Source: Polymyxa betae A26-41 (lineage: Eukaryota; Protista; Endomyxa: Phytomyxea). Taken from it: a DNA stretch of 64,000 bases. Location: assembly GCA_003693705.1 (NCBI GenBank), contig RBZT01000673.1, forward strand, positions 62,001 through 126,000, written 5' to 3'. The notes beneath the pieces were generated by a model. The model saw only the letters and a list, made by a program, of their open reading frames with translations. It searched no databases and was not told where the DNA came from. A program made the position numbers and the translations under genes. This document shows positions 48,228-61,053 of this stretch, piece by piece. The number at the start of each line of letters is the position of its first letter. The first letter of the stretch is position 1.

Positions 48228-50277
48228 ATTGCGGGCAACGTTTGTGTGACGTAGCCTTGTTTGTGTGCGTGACCAAATAAGGGAAGGCCGCAGTCGTGAG
48301 ATTTTTGATTTGTTGTGGGACGCGCCTTCCTTGTCTACAATTCTTCGATTGTATCAACTTCAACATCCGTCAAATCTACATAGCTATCAGCAATAGTGCG
48401 ATCCGCTAGATTCGGACAAATGCCAAAGTGGAAATCCCAAAATGACTACTCCTTCTGTACCATTAATTCATTCCTAATAAACCCTCATTGAAATCAAGCT
48501 CATCTCTGTTTCTGACAAAATCCATCACTCTATTCCACGCTCTTCAGTTTCTCACACGTATTTTTCATTCATTTTGCTTTTTTATTTCAAACTCATTACA
48601 GCAAACACCAATTCTTTCCGTCACCAACAAAAAAATTCTTAAGTAAAAAAGTAATGTTGGAGCATTCGTTGCCCGAAAAGCAGGAATTGATTGAAGTGAA
48701 CGTGCATTCTTATACCAAAGACGATATCATTTCAATGATCTTCCGGGTTTATCCTCAGTAGCAAGATTACATCAGAATCCTGGTGCGAACGATAACAATT
48801 ATCTGTTAAATACATCATCAATGGATAGAGAATCTTCGGCCGAATCGCCGCCAACTAACACTTCTCAGACCGTATGTTAATGCAATCGAGGTCAATAGCT
48901 TGCTGAACCGAGTTTCAACTATGCTCTCTGCATTAGGACAATTAACAGCCGCCAAGAGGTTCTAAACAATCATCTTATTAGTTTCAATATCTTGAAATGG
49001 TTGAATATCGTCGTCTGTTAATCTCAGCTTGGTAGCAAAATCCGACAAAGAAGTTGTTCGGGCCAAGTTCCCTGTAAATAATCAGATATAGTGTACTGCA
49101 TGGCCGAAGCCGAAGGCGCAACGATAAGACAGCGACCAAGACTCTGAGAAGTTTGTTTGTTTGTTTATTCGGGTTGTTACGCCATCAATAGGCGAGGGTA
49201 GGCGACACATTATCCACTTGTTCAGGGGCAGCAAGAACAGCAACTCTTACAAGTAATCCGGAGCTTCTTCCACCTTTGTGACTCGTCTTGCTTCTTGGTG
49301 TGAATGTACCGGCTCAGGGCATAATGGGACCTCTGCAACTTGCTTTCTCAGCTGGTACTTCACCCGATGACAAATCTATCATTTTATGGAATTTGTCCTT
49401 TATCCATTCGGCCTCGAAACACCTATCGATGTGGTGGGATTAATCACTCACAAATCGGTATTGGCGGTGATGCGAAAAGCAAATTTCAACGTGGTTCGAA
49501 CTCATTTTGAGAAGTTGGACGGTCAACCATTAACTATTTAAATCCAATTAAACCTAAATATCAAATTATCATTAAATGCGATTACTTTAATGACACCGAT
49601 TTTTTTTGATGAAGAAACGGATGCGATCTTGATTTATACTAATGGGGAATTATCATTCACTAAAATGATTACGGATTCTATGAACCGATTGAATGATGAT
49701 GGTGTGCAAGGCAGACGTTCAAGAGCACTACGTGATCGAAAGGTATAGAATTCTAGATATGGAATGAAGAACCAAAACAATTGTCTATCGGGAAGCATTG
49801 ACTAAAAACGATGACATTGAAATTCACCTAGGATCTCCACTACGAGGTTTCTCCATTCAGACTGCTCTCAGAAATTAAGGGAACAAGGTGAAGCGCTCTG
49901 CTGTAGTCAATTTGATGGGAACGAATTCGCCCTCTTGGTAAGGAAACTGACTACAGACTAACATCATGGTATTGTGATTTAAAGTTACGATATCACTTCC
50001 AGGTTTGCCGAGCAGTGCCACAATATTTTAATCCCGTTGACATCAGCGTTTTGTTCAAGAACGAACGGCTGGTCACCATCGGCGATAACGACCTGATGGC
50101 GTTTATTCATTGGAGAATGACGTCATTGAAACAGGCCTGGTGTATTGGAGATGGAACATGACCATTCATAGCTGGAGTCTGCCTGCTATCATAAATGGGC
50201 CTGATATGAGACCGTTTAGCAAAGGGGGTGATAAGGTGTACCCCAACACACCACACAGATTGTCTTCATACTTGAAG

Positions 50278-51165
50278 TTAGGGTTTCTGACATTGAGATT
50301 GGCTACGGCGACAGCCATCGTCTTCACTGGCAATCGGCTCAGGCCGAGTCCACTGCCAGACGTCAAACCGGTGGTTTAGGCGAGAGTCAGCGTGAAGATG
50401 GAGGCGAGAACCCAGGCCGCCCCAGCGCGAGATGGCGTCCCGGTAGACGACACGACCGAAGCGGGAGTGCAAGATAGCCATTGAGCACATGATGCATGGT
50501 TCATGGGAAAGGTACAGGTCCAGCCCCCGGCATAGATAGGGCTCTGAGGCCCAGGTGCCCTGGCGCTTGACGCCGCCTCTATTCAGCTTCGAGACAGCGT
50601 CTATTGCAAGCAGGACAGTGTGCTTCAGAGGCGACGAATTGTCTTGCTTGACCTCGGCGAGGACCCAGCCGGAGGTCGGGTCTGCCACAATCCCGACGAT
50701 TTCATTGCTAGAACCAGACTGTTCATGTATACGTTGCATGAAATTCACAATCCGGTCAATATCATCTGATATTAACGGGATGAATGGTTTTGGAGGGCGT
50801 GGTTGAATTCTAGCACTAATGGGCCAATATTGTTGCCAACGTTCGCGCTCGATGGGTGATCTGGGGACGTCGTCAGGAACTTGGACATTTGTAATTTCCC
50901 CGAACTGAGATATCTTGGCCTTAAGCAAATCTTCCAGAACTTCATCGAAATAGGTTTTGGTGCAGACGAGGACATGTGCGAATTCGTGGCCCAATTTCCG
51001 GACTCGTTTAAGATAGTCGATATCGGGGCCGAACTTCGGTAGAAGCGGAATCAGGACTGAAATATCCCGGTTTCTTACGGTGACCGCAATGGCTTCCTGC
51101 AGCCGTGCTTCCCTATCACCATGAATCGGGTAAATTAACTGAAGGCTTTCCGATTCCGATCCCAT
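50278..51165 (-). CDS. TAD3: tRNA adenosine-34 deaminase non-catalytic subunit
   Basis: WP..; PLKHTV (HxV in place of HxE); YLCRGLDLYLSHEPCIMCSMAILHSR..LNHRF. Confidence 0.92.
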   Translation of the reverse strand: MGSESESLQLIYPIHGDREARLQEAIAVTVRNRDISVLIPLLPKFGPDIDYLKRVRKLGHEFAHVLVCTKTYFDEVLEDLLKAKISQFGEITNVQVPDDVPRSPIERERWQQYWPISARIQPRPPKPFIPLISDDIDRIVNFMQRIHEQSGSSNEIVGIVADPTSGWVLAEVKQDNSSPLKHTVLLAIDAVSKLNRGGVKRQGTWASEPYLCRGLDLYLSHEPCIMCSMAILHSRFGRVVYRDAISRWGGLGSRLHLHADSRLNHRFDVWQWTRPEPIASEDDGCRRSQSQCQKP

Positions 51166-51279
51166 TCAAGAATGAGAACGCGCAGTCAAAACATCAAGAA
51201 ATGCGAAAAACAAAAAAGACATGATAATGGTGGATTTTTTTAACTATCGTCTAATTGCTCTAATATATTCTAGACGAGA

Positions 51280-51579
51280 TTATCGAAGATATCGAGAGAC
51301 CCAGTGAAGAACCCGTCGACTTTCGGAAGCGACCGGTTTACGCCCCTTATAATGAGATAGAATCCCTGCAGGGGTCTCGCTTTCATGCAGCTTTTTGCTG
51401 GCGGGTGTTGGTGTCTCTGGATTATACATAGCGGCCGCCATTGTCTTTTGCTTAGCGGGCTCGGGTTTACCAGGAACGACACGTTCGCGCATGGCATGAG
51501 CTGGATCCCAATGGACAAACGCGATAGTAGCGGCAGTGGCGACAGTTGTCAACAGGATGGCGGCGAACCCGGAGCTCAT
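51280..51579 (-). CDS. Small single-TM hypothetical protein with weak PET117-like N-terminus
   Basis: MSSGFAAILLTTVATAATIAFVH resembles PET117 TAATVxxVH; the remainder is not recognisably similar. Confidence 0.45.
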   Translation of the reverse strand: MSSGFAAILLTTVATAATIAFVHWDPAHAMRERVVPGKPEPAKQKTMAAAMYNPETPTPASKKLHESETPAGILSHYKGRKPVASESRRVLHWVSRYLR

Positions 51580-51879
51580 ACCGTATACAGTTAACAGCAC
51601 GTTCAGCATCATCATCTCAACAATATAAATGGCCGTTCAGAGTTGCACCGGAATCCGAAAAATTTGTGAATTCAGATAGCGATTTTCCGTAATGCCGTTC
51701 TAATCAAACAACTCACCAAAGCTGTTTCTCGAATCAGTGCTCGATGCCTCATTCCAGACTAGCAGTTAGCATACATAGTTGGTCTGATATTGTCATACAT
51801 GCTCATGCTATACCCGACGCCCTACCAAACCGGCGGGACCTGTTCAAGTGCGTAAGTTAGAGATGGTCATTTGATATCG

Positions 51880-54255
51880 ATGGGGGACTCGGCGTCGCGG
51901 TCGAATACGAGAGCCACCAGAACACGCGCAGGCGGAAGGGCTCGTCCGCCTGCAACACCAATCCGTCGCCGACCGAAGTCGTCACCATCGGTTGGTCGTG
52001 AGCAATCGCCCAAAACAAGGAAGACCCCATCGGGTGGCCCGCCTGCAGTGCCAGCACGGCCTCGATCCAAGGCATCTTCACCGATTGTCAATGACGATGA
52101 TGAATCCCCAACGAAACGTCAGAAACGCGCTTCAACGCAACCGAAACGAGGGGTGAACGGGAAAGAGCAGGTTGCGAGAAAAATTCTTTCGGATAGCCCA
52201 GAGGAAGCCCTCACCGAGATGTGTCCCGAGCCGCCATTATTCTCAGAGTTGCTGGAAAAATCCTGGATGGCATTGCATGATTTTGAATCAATCGTTTCTC
52301 TCCCAAACACACCTGCTGTCTCTGATAAAAACCCGAAGGACGAAATTTGCCTTGTTTGCCAGGAATCGGACCAGCTTACGTTCTGCAGACGTTGCGTACA
52401 TGCAATATGCTCGAATTGCACTGAAATCGACATGGATTGCCGCACGCGTTGGTACTGCTCGCTATCAGGTCTTCGCTGTACCAAACGTCGCCAGAAACAA
52501 ACCTCGGATGGCATTTTAAAGGAAGACGATGAACGAGCAAGAACCAAGAAAACTGTGAAATTGAAACCTGGAGACTTCGTCGAGCTGACATCATCGGAAA
52601 CTCCACGATTTGTGAAAAGTCGTGCCTGGGCACCAGACTATGATTCTGATGCCGAAACATGTGGTTGTGGACGGGACCGTGTTTATTTCGCTCGGATTGT
52701 GGCCACCAAGTCAACCGTGCTAGTTGTCGAGTTCCTGATCTATCCTGACCAAACCGCCATCACAACTTTACGTGAAAACGAGCTGCTGTTGACAACCACC
52801 AAGTATGACATCCCACGTCGTGCTATCTTGGGACATGCATCGAAGCCCATCGTAATGTCATTGGATTCACAAACGCAGAGCGGCGATTGTTATTTAGTTC
52901 GTAGCCGATACGATCTGAATCGTCGAATTCGTCGTCCATTGCTTGCAAATGGACCTGCTGACACCTGCCAAGCTGATGTTGTTATCGATTCGCGATCGCA
53001 AGGACCAGACAATAATTTATCGCTTATTGAGAAAGCTGTACAGTCGCTGCAGCTGTCTAGCGCTCCTGATATTCTTCCTTGCCGTGATAAAGAGCGGGCT
53101 GAGATCGAGCGCATTCTTATCGCTCAACTTCGTGTTGGAGGCGGTAGCGGCGGTGGTTTATACATTTCGGGATTGCCTGGGACGGGGAAAACAGCGACCG
53201 TTCGTAGAGTGATTTGCGGTTTACAGCAGAAATCAGGCCTCCCTAATTTCAAATACCTCGAAATCAACGCTCTGAAACTGCAAGCGCCTCGATATGCTTA
53301 TACGAAGCTATGGGAAGCGATCAGTGGCCAGTATTGCTCCCCAGCGAAGGCACTCACCAATCTGCAGAAGTTTTATAGCAGACCTCGATCTCAGCGCCGA
53401 AAACAAATCATCATCCTCGTGCTTGATGAATTCGATTATCTGGTCGACTCCAAGACTCATAATGTTCGTATGATGTCTTCATCTGATATTGTACTAAATG
53501 TTGATAGGTAATTTATAATCTGTTCACATTCCCGACAGCTAAAAAATCGGGACTGATTGTCGTCGGGATTGCGAACACGCTCGGTAACGCGAAACGGCAT
53601 CGCTTTCAACGAATCCAAATTGATTTTTGTTTTAGACCTACCTGAGAGAATTGGAGGGCGGGTATTCAGTCGTCTTGGTTTACAGTGCATGAACTTCGAG
53701 CCATACACCGCCCAGCAAATTGAACAAATCATTTTGGAACGCCTTAATGGACTGCAAATTGTCGCCGACCTACACGCTATCACTTTGTGTGCCAAAACGA
53801 TTGCTTCGACTTCAGGCGATTTAAGGCGGGCGCTAGAAATTATCAGCACAGCGGTTGAACTGTGCTCTGCCGATGGCGGAAAGCTCACCATCAATCATGT
53901 CGCTTTGGCCAAGAACCAGTTCAGCGATACTCCAGCAATTCGGTATATTATTGGAGGTGCTGTACATGAGCTTGCACTATTATGTGCCTTCCTACAAGAA
54001 CTGAAACAAATTGGACGGCACGAAGCCGACTATGATGCGGTTGTTCGACGACTGGTCCGGATATTGACCAGTCGTGGAAAACAAGTCGCACCAAGCACTG
54101 TTATCGATCGAGTTCTTCACGAAATGTCAGACAAAGGTCTGATTTTATTATCACAAAAACGTGATTGTGCACGTCCAAATCTTCGCCTCTACACCAATAT
54201 CGAAGATGTCAGGTTTGCCTTACAGAAGACATCCTTTAGTGATATCACTCTATAA
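51880..54255 (+). CDS. ORC1: Origin recognition complex subunit 1 (Zn finger, BAH, AAA+, winged helix), 3 exons
   Basis: LPCRDKE, LYISGLPGTGKTATV, EINALKL, LVLDEFD, GIANT, SRLG, FEPYT, SGDLRRALEI; BAH motif LRENELLLT. Confidence 0.93.
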
Positions 54256-54342
54256 GAAAATCACTGTATACACGGTTTTATTGTTTTGCACAATTTTCAA
54301 GTATGATCCCTGTGACGATAGCGAACATCAAAGGTCGAAATC

Positions 54343-54878
54343 ATGACGAATGCGAAAAGGCCCTCTAGGCTGCCATCAGCAAATTCGGCCACTGCTGTCT
54401 CCAGCAAAGATAAAGAGATTTCTTTAGTGGGATTCGATGATACCAAATCGCCAGAAGAGATGGTTCGTTGGCTGTCAATCCAGCTGAATAGAGCACCGGA
54501 TCCAGTGGATCTGTACGCCTGTGGAAAGGAGACCTACGACACCGGTATGTATCGGGCAAGTGCTGTCTTTCTGGAAAGATATGTAATGACGCCCAATGCC
54601 CTGCTTCCCGGCCATCATCTGCTAGGCTATGCATTAGCAGCCGTAAATCGGCGCGAGGAAGCAATATCCCATCTTATTCTTTGTGCAAACTGTTAGTAAG
54701 TGCAGTTCGTAAAGATTTCCTGAATGAGATTTGAATAGCTGGATTCGACGCTGATTGGCAAGTCATTGTCGAGCTACGACTAGAGTCGCTTGAAGAAAAT
54801 CAACAGACTGAGCAACTGCAAACCCAAGTGAGACAGAATGTTGATAACGCCCTATCTCAAGTCGAGCAAGCTCTCTAA
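54343..54878 (+). CDS. Small TPR-like protein, 2 exons
   Basis: A helical-repeat pattern (HHLLGYALAAVNRREEAI) spliced to GFDADWQVIVEL. Confidence 0.65.
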
Positions 54879-56049
54879 ATCAAGTCTTTCTAGCCTCAAA
54901 AGCATTGATAATCGATCATATATTATAGGGAACAATTTTACACCTACATCGTATTCTTGTTTTGGGGGATTTTACTATGACAAATTTGAAGATGAACTGG
55001 CTTCATGAATACAAATTTAGGAACAGTTGACATTTGACCAAATTTTATTCTGTATGAAACTGCTGAAAGCTATGATTCCAAACTTATTGATTCGAACGAC
55101 GATATTCTTTGTCTTACTTTGAAATCAATTCATCTATCTGTGAAATCAATTGTTAATGCATCGCCAGATGCTAAATCTTTTCAACTATTGTAAATCGCTT
55201 CAAACATGGAGAATGTATTTCCAATCTGATTACTCGAGCAGTAGTTCGATTTAGATCCACCCATTGCCATTGCTGTTTTATATGACCTAAATCTTGGCAT
55301 TTGAGCTTTGCTGATTTCAGTTTAATGGGGAGCTGAACAAGAGCACCAAAAGCCTCGTCTCGTATTAAATGCTGAAGCACGTTTATTCGACGCCTCAGAA
55401 TGAAATTTGAAGGATGGCAATGTCCATAAACCTGTGCTGTTGCTAACAGTCGAGCGTGATTCTTGTCTCGAGCAGCGTGTTTAATCAATTCGGCGAATCA
55501 ATGGAAAGGATTTCAGTCATTGAACTTGTGCGAAGACGTTTGCTGGAATTGAAACGGCTGGATGGTCAATGTGCTGGTGTGATCCCTTGAAAACAAGACC
55601 GTGCCTCAACGAAAGTAACAGAATTCGTAAAATAACCAAAATAAGATTATACTGCAATATCAGCATGGAGCAATTTTCTTCTTGTCCAAGCTCAAAAGTG
55701 TATGCAAACTTAAACACTGCTTGGACAGTATGCAATAGATACTTTGGTTCACGAAACACGTGAAAACATAGATTCTAGTAGATAGGTTTTCTGACAGCAT
55801 TCCGCCTGAGCTTTGAATGGCAGGAAGAGTAATCTTGCTCAGCCATATATAATGCAAGGAAATAGGTAGACATGCCAAACTGTAGAACTGAAATGCAGTG
55901 CGACTCATTTTAATTCTACACGGTTGATAGGCAGCCACAGAGATTGACATCTCCTGTTCCAAAAATTGTTCGACCTCACTAAACCCTCTGTAAATCAATA
56001 GATCCAGCGTCCCCAACATCGAGACAGATTTTTTTTTTTGTAATCGAAA

Positions 56050-56600
56050 TCCCTACTTCACAGTCCCTCTTTAAATTTGTATGAGACTGGCAGCATTTGA
56101 AATTTGTTTGGGAGGAAATGGAAGGTGCACAAAACTGCGCCACGCACTTTTACTTTTAAATAGCGCAAAAGTATTTTACAGTCGCGCAGTTTGTGAAACT
56201 CAATTGCCCGTAACGCAGTTCTCTGGATCGCATCGTTTCTTCGTGATCCAAATACAGAAGCTTGCAGGCTTTCACAAGAAAAAACTGCACATACTCTTTT
56301 CAGGATCTGCAAAAGGTCGTTCCCGTGGCATTGAAAAGTGTTCCTGTACAGCAAATCCAAAAATTTGCTCGGAAGTGTTATCGCTACATGGACGCATATC
56401 GCGTCTGCGATGCAGGAGTGAATAAGTTAACTCCAGATCAAGTGGAGAAAGCCGTTAAGAAGTATCGGAGTCATCGCCGAATTCCAGTGCGAATTTTGAA
56501 TGAGATCAAATTCTACACAAATTTAATAATTATAATAAAAAAGTACTTCTGTGAAATCAAAGTATATTGTCCGGTAAAAATGCCAAATTTCTAAAAGTGC
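56050..56600 (+). mobile_element. Degenerate DDE (IS630/Tc1-like) transposase C-terminal remnant
   Basis: TRKNCTYSFQDLQKVVPVALKSV..IQKFARKCYRYMDAYR..AVKKYRSHRRIP is a typical C-terminus of this transposase group; the upstream part is broken. Confidence 0.7.
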
Positions 56601-56949
56601 GCGCGCACATTATCTGAAATCGAATTGAAACAATGTAAAATTAAGATGAGTCGCACTATATATCGATTTGGTCATTGCTATCACTCGACCAACGCGTTTA
56701 GGTGCATTTCGCACTGGTGAGTGTGACGCATCGACACGGCGCAGGTCAGCGCAACCTTCACCCCAGTCTGTGATGAGCACAGCTCACACTGTCTTCTTAC
56801 TTATGATTGTTAATTCGGCATGGTGATAAGACACTTAGCGCAGCCCTTTTCAAATCATTGAAGGGTTCCGCTCAGTGATCAGTTCAATACTTCAATTGTT
56901 CTTAACTTGATTTGCCACATTTTACAAATCTCCTTTCGGTCGACACATC

Positions 56950-59373
56950 ATGGCAAAGACTTTACAACCATCGCTGAAACAGGCGCTATCTGCTGCCGAT
57001 ATGATTGACGGAATGATGAAATTCAAGCGCACTGGTGATGCGGAAACCGATGTGTGCCGTCAATTGGCAGCTTTTGGATTCAACGGAGAAGTGATCCATA
57101 ACGCGTCCGCTCCTGTTCTGTACGAACACGCCCTAACGCTCAACCATGGAACAGCGATAACGTCAACTGGGGCATTAGCCACTAATTCCGGATCGAAAAC
57201 CGTCAGTCTGCTTTGCGTCTTCAGTGACCTGGTTAAATTCTCCTTTAGGGTCGCTCACCAACTGATAAGCGCATCGTTAAAGAACGTACGACAAAGGATG
57301 ATGTCTGGTGGGGTGATGTTAACATCCCATTAGACGAACATGTAAGATGTGAATTCGTTTATTGCACTTCCAACTAATCCTTTCGTTAGTCCTTTATGAT
57401 TAACCGTGAACGAGCCATAGACCATCTGAATATTTCGCCGAGAATCTAGTAAGACGTCCGCTTTTCCTTCTGGTATGTCTAACTCTACGCTTGCAGCGTT
57501 TTCGATGGATTTGCAGGCTGGGACGCTACCTACCGCATCAAAGGTGATTTTGCGAAGAAAACTCGCATCATGCTGAGATGTGTTTCTAGTTCGTGTAATT
57601 ACTGTGTCTCCTTACCATGCTCTGTTCATGAGCAACATGCTTATCAAGCCCAATGAAGAGGAGCTTGAGACTTTCGGGCACCCAGACCTTATCATCTATA
57701 ACGCTGGAGTAAGGGGATTGTAATTTCTTTTCTGTTGTCATAATGCTATTTAGGGGTTTCCGGCTAATCGGTTTACAACTGGAATGACTTCTGCTACGTA
57801 TGATTATTGTTACTACTGTTATAGTAGCTTAGTTTGATGTTACAGCTCCGTTGCGTTACATTTACAACGTGGTGAAATGGTATCGTAACGTACTCTTATC
57901 TACATTTGGTTACCCTTAACATCTGGTTAGGTCATCTTGGGGACATTGTATGCTGGCGAGATGAAGAAGGGCATTTTCACTGTCATGCATTGTAGAGTCG
58001 TTTTGTAATGTCGATTGATTGATTTTATGTAATTCTCATTAGATTTGATGCCAAAAAGAGGAGTATTGAGCTTACATTCTTCCGCTAATGTCGGAGACAA
58101 TGGAACCACCCTTTTTTTCGGTCTTTCTGGAACTGGGAAAACCACGCTCTCAGCCGATCCAAAGCGAAAGCTTATTGGTGATGATGAGCATTGCTGGAGC
58201 GATGATGGCGTTTTTAATATTGAAGGTTCGACTCTTTGACGTGTTTGATTTGGAGACAGTTCTCAAAGTCATTAGGGGGCTGCTATGCTAAGGTTATCGA
58301 CCTATCAGCTGAGTCCGAACCCGAAATTTTCAATGCCATTAGGTAGCCTGGATTGAGAACTTTCTGATCTGCTTATTTTATGTGCAGATTTGGGACAGTT
58401 TTAGAGAATGTCGTTGTTGATTCGAAGACTCGAGTAGTTGATTACACAGATACGTCACTGACAGAAAATACGCGAGCTGCTTACCCAATCGAGTTCATTC
58501 CTAATGCCGTGATTCCATGCATTGGCGACCATCCAACCAACATAATTCTGCTGACTTGTGATGCTTTCGGTGTACTCCCACCTGTGTCGAAACTTACGAC
58601 TGCACAAGCTATGTACCACTTTATTTCGGGGTATGAGTATCAAGCCATGAAACTTGCACATGAAATTTATTTCTTCTAGTTACACTGCAAAGATTGCAGG
58701 GACTGAAGTTGGGATCAAAGAACCTCAAGCAACGTTCTCGGCATGTAAGCGTCTCCGCGTCTTCATTTAAAATATGGCCTCTCATAATGGTGTTATAGGC
58801 TTTGGTGAACCTTTCTTGGTATCGATTTGAGTTATCTTTGAGTTTCCTGCTAAGAATCATTGAAAATATAGGTTTGGCACCCCGCTAAATATGCTACGAT
58901 GCTAGCTGAAAAGTTGGAGCGCCACGGATGCTCTGCTTGGGTATTCGATGATTCATGAAAGCAAACAAAACACATTTCTGAAACATGCTTTTTAGTTAGT
59001 TAACACGGGATGGGTTGGTGGAAAATACGGCATCGGCAAACGCTGTCCTTTGAAGTATTCTCGAGCTATCATCGATGCAATTAACTCTGGAGAGCTCGTA
59101 CAGACCGAGTTCTCGAAGTTCCCTGTACGTGGCTTCATCTGGCTTTTGCTCGGTTTAATCTCGATTCGACAGATTTTCGATCTTAGCGTTCCAAAGTTTG
59201 TTGATGGAGTTCCTAGTGATATCTTGGATCCATGCAATGCCTGGAAAGACAAAAACGCTTTTAATGAGACCGTGCTGCAATTGGCGAAACTATTCGTTCA
59301 GAACTTTGAAACATATATTCATGGGACGCCAGAAGAGGTCATCGCTGCAGGACCTAATTTACGTCAAGAATAA
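56950..59373 (+). CDS. PCK1: Phosphoenolpyruvate carboxykinase (ATP), ~15 introns
   Basis: [74 protein letters not shown]. Confidence 0.98.
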
Positions 59374-60038
59374 ACTTCATGCCGTTGCCAGCGCCTTTTT
59401 TATTCGAATAAATTGGATATTATTGTCATCGCCTTTTCTCTCCAATTTAACCAAAATTGATATTCGGTACTATTACTGTATTGCCTTTTATCTTAAAACT
59501 AACCTATAATCGCGAACCGAACAAATCAAAACAGCATGAAACCAGGGACTCATTGCATGGGAGAACTATCCATATTTTAGGATATTGGCCCTTAGCATGC
59601 CACAGACAAACTTGAGACGCGATCATCAGTAACACAGTTTAACAGTGATGAGCCGATAAAACTCTTGGGAATTATGAGACGATGCGAGATCAGTATTGTG
59701 TTGCCTAGTCTTGCCTTGGTCAATGTCTGAAGAAGAGCCTGATGCTCTTTCTGATTTTACTTTAGGCATTGCCGGAAATTTGAATTTTGAATTTACAGTG
59801 ATTGAAGTGCAAACGTTGATAATGGAATTGCGAAACTTCCTATATTTCGCCCAAGAGGTAAAGGTGCATCACCATGCTGGACTCGTCGTGAAACGAACCT
59901 TTGGGAATCAAATCACAAAATCAGGAATTTGATAAAATGTCAAGCGGTCGGTGCGGAACATTGATTTTCGCATCTCGAACAAACCGACCACTGCAACACA
60001 TTCAGATTCAGAACATAGAAGAAGTTCCTTATCAATAT

Positions 60039-60049
60039 AGGTCCCATAA
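60039..60049 (+). promoter_or_regulatory. Upstream element AGGTCCCATAA of 7SL copy 2 (-68..-58)
   Basis: Exact match to the U6 element; TATAAG at 60078-60083. Confidence 0.8.
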
Positions 60050-60106
60050 CGAAAATCGCAGTTTTTAGAACTTCGGATATAAGGTTGGTGTTGCTATCTT
60101 TGTTCA

Positions 60107-60400
60107 GTCGGGAGCGTAGCGCACTCCTGTGGCCCTAGTTGGGGACTACGACTGTGTGGATGGCTGATGGCGTTGGGACGCCCAGGCTGCGCCATGTTGA
60201 GGGTCGGCCCATTGCAAAGCGGCGGTCAACAGTGGCAGATCTCCGGAGGGAGGCCTGTCTCGGTTGATAATGAGGGAGGGACCGCCTAAGGCCGGGAACG
60301 GAGCAGGGAATACTTCCCACCGTCGCTAGTGCAAGGAACACTGACCTGAATGGCCGCTTGGATCACGTACCAACGTTCAGACGTGAGACCTCAGTTTTTT
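60107..60400 (+). ncRNA. Signal recognition particle (7SL) RNA, copy 2
   Basis: Reverse complement of 36429-36722; the only difference I found is a TC/CT swap near the 5' end. T6 terminator. Confidence 0.9.
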
Positions 60401-61053
60401 GAGCTTTAACGTTCAGACGTGAGACCTCAGTTTTTTGTCTATTTCTTATCAACTTTTTATTTCTGTCCTTTCTGATCTCTCTCTCCACCCAATTCCGATT
60501 ATTTAGCATTCAAAGTTCATCCACATCGAGCTGGATCTGCAATGTCATATGCAGCTTCATATCTTTCAAAACAGGCTTGGGTCGCTCTCACCGATTTCTT
60601 CGATAACGGTTTTAGCTCACTCGATGCAATCTAACCGGTGTACTCTGATATTGGCTAGAACGCTTGAAATGCTTTTGCGAAGCACCGCTCGATCTTTAGC
60701 TTTCATGACCCAGCCTGTTCCTTTCCATTCCAGGACAATATCATGCAATGCAACCCTGTATCAGTATTCAAATTTTTATTGTAGAGATCAGACCTACATA
60801 CTGCAGCGAAGTCTGATATCAGCTAACAAAATCACTTGACGCTCATCTGTCCTGCATTGCAATTTCTTATTCTTGCCAAAGAATCAAATCGATATCTCCG
60901 ATTCTAAGCCGAAAGCAGCAGCCGCGCTTAAAACAACTTTGAATCACAACATTCGTCTGTAGTTTGCAGGAAATGTCCTCTGCAAAAGCGTAACATTTTA
61001 TAAAATAACGAAGAGCATCCTGATTATGGAAATAGGGTTTTACTGATAAACAT

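Noticed and set aside
49322-49332. One-mismatch copy of the U6/7SL upstream element (AGGTCCCATTA)
   Set aside because: No TATA box at the expected spacing and no recognisable RNA or oligo-T terminator downstream; probably chance.
54950-56020. Possible minus-strand multi-exon gene; similar candidates at 38000-39100 and 24100-25300
   Set aside because: I could not assemble a reliable gene model or recognise a family by eye.
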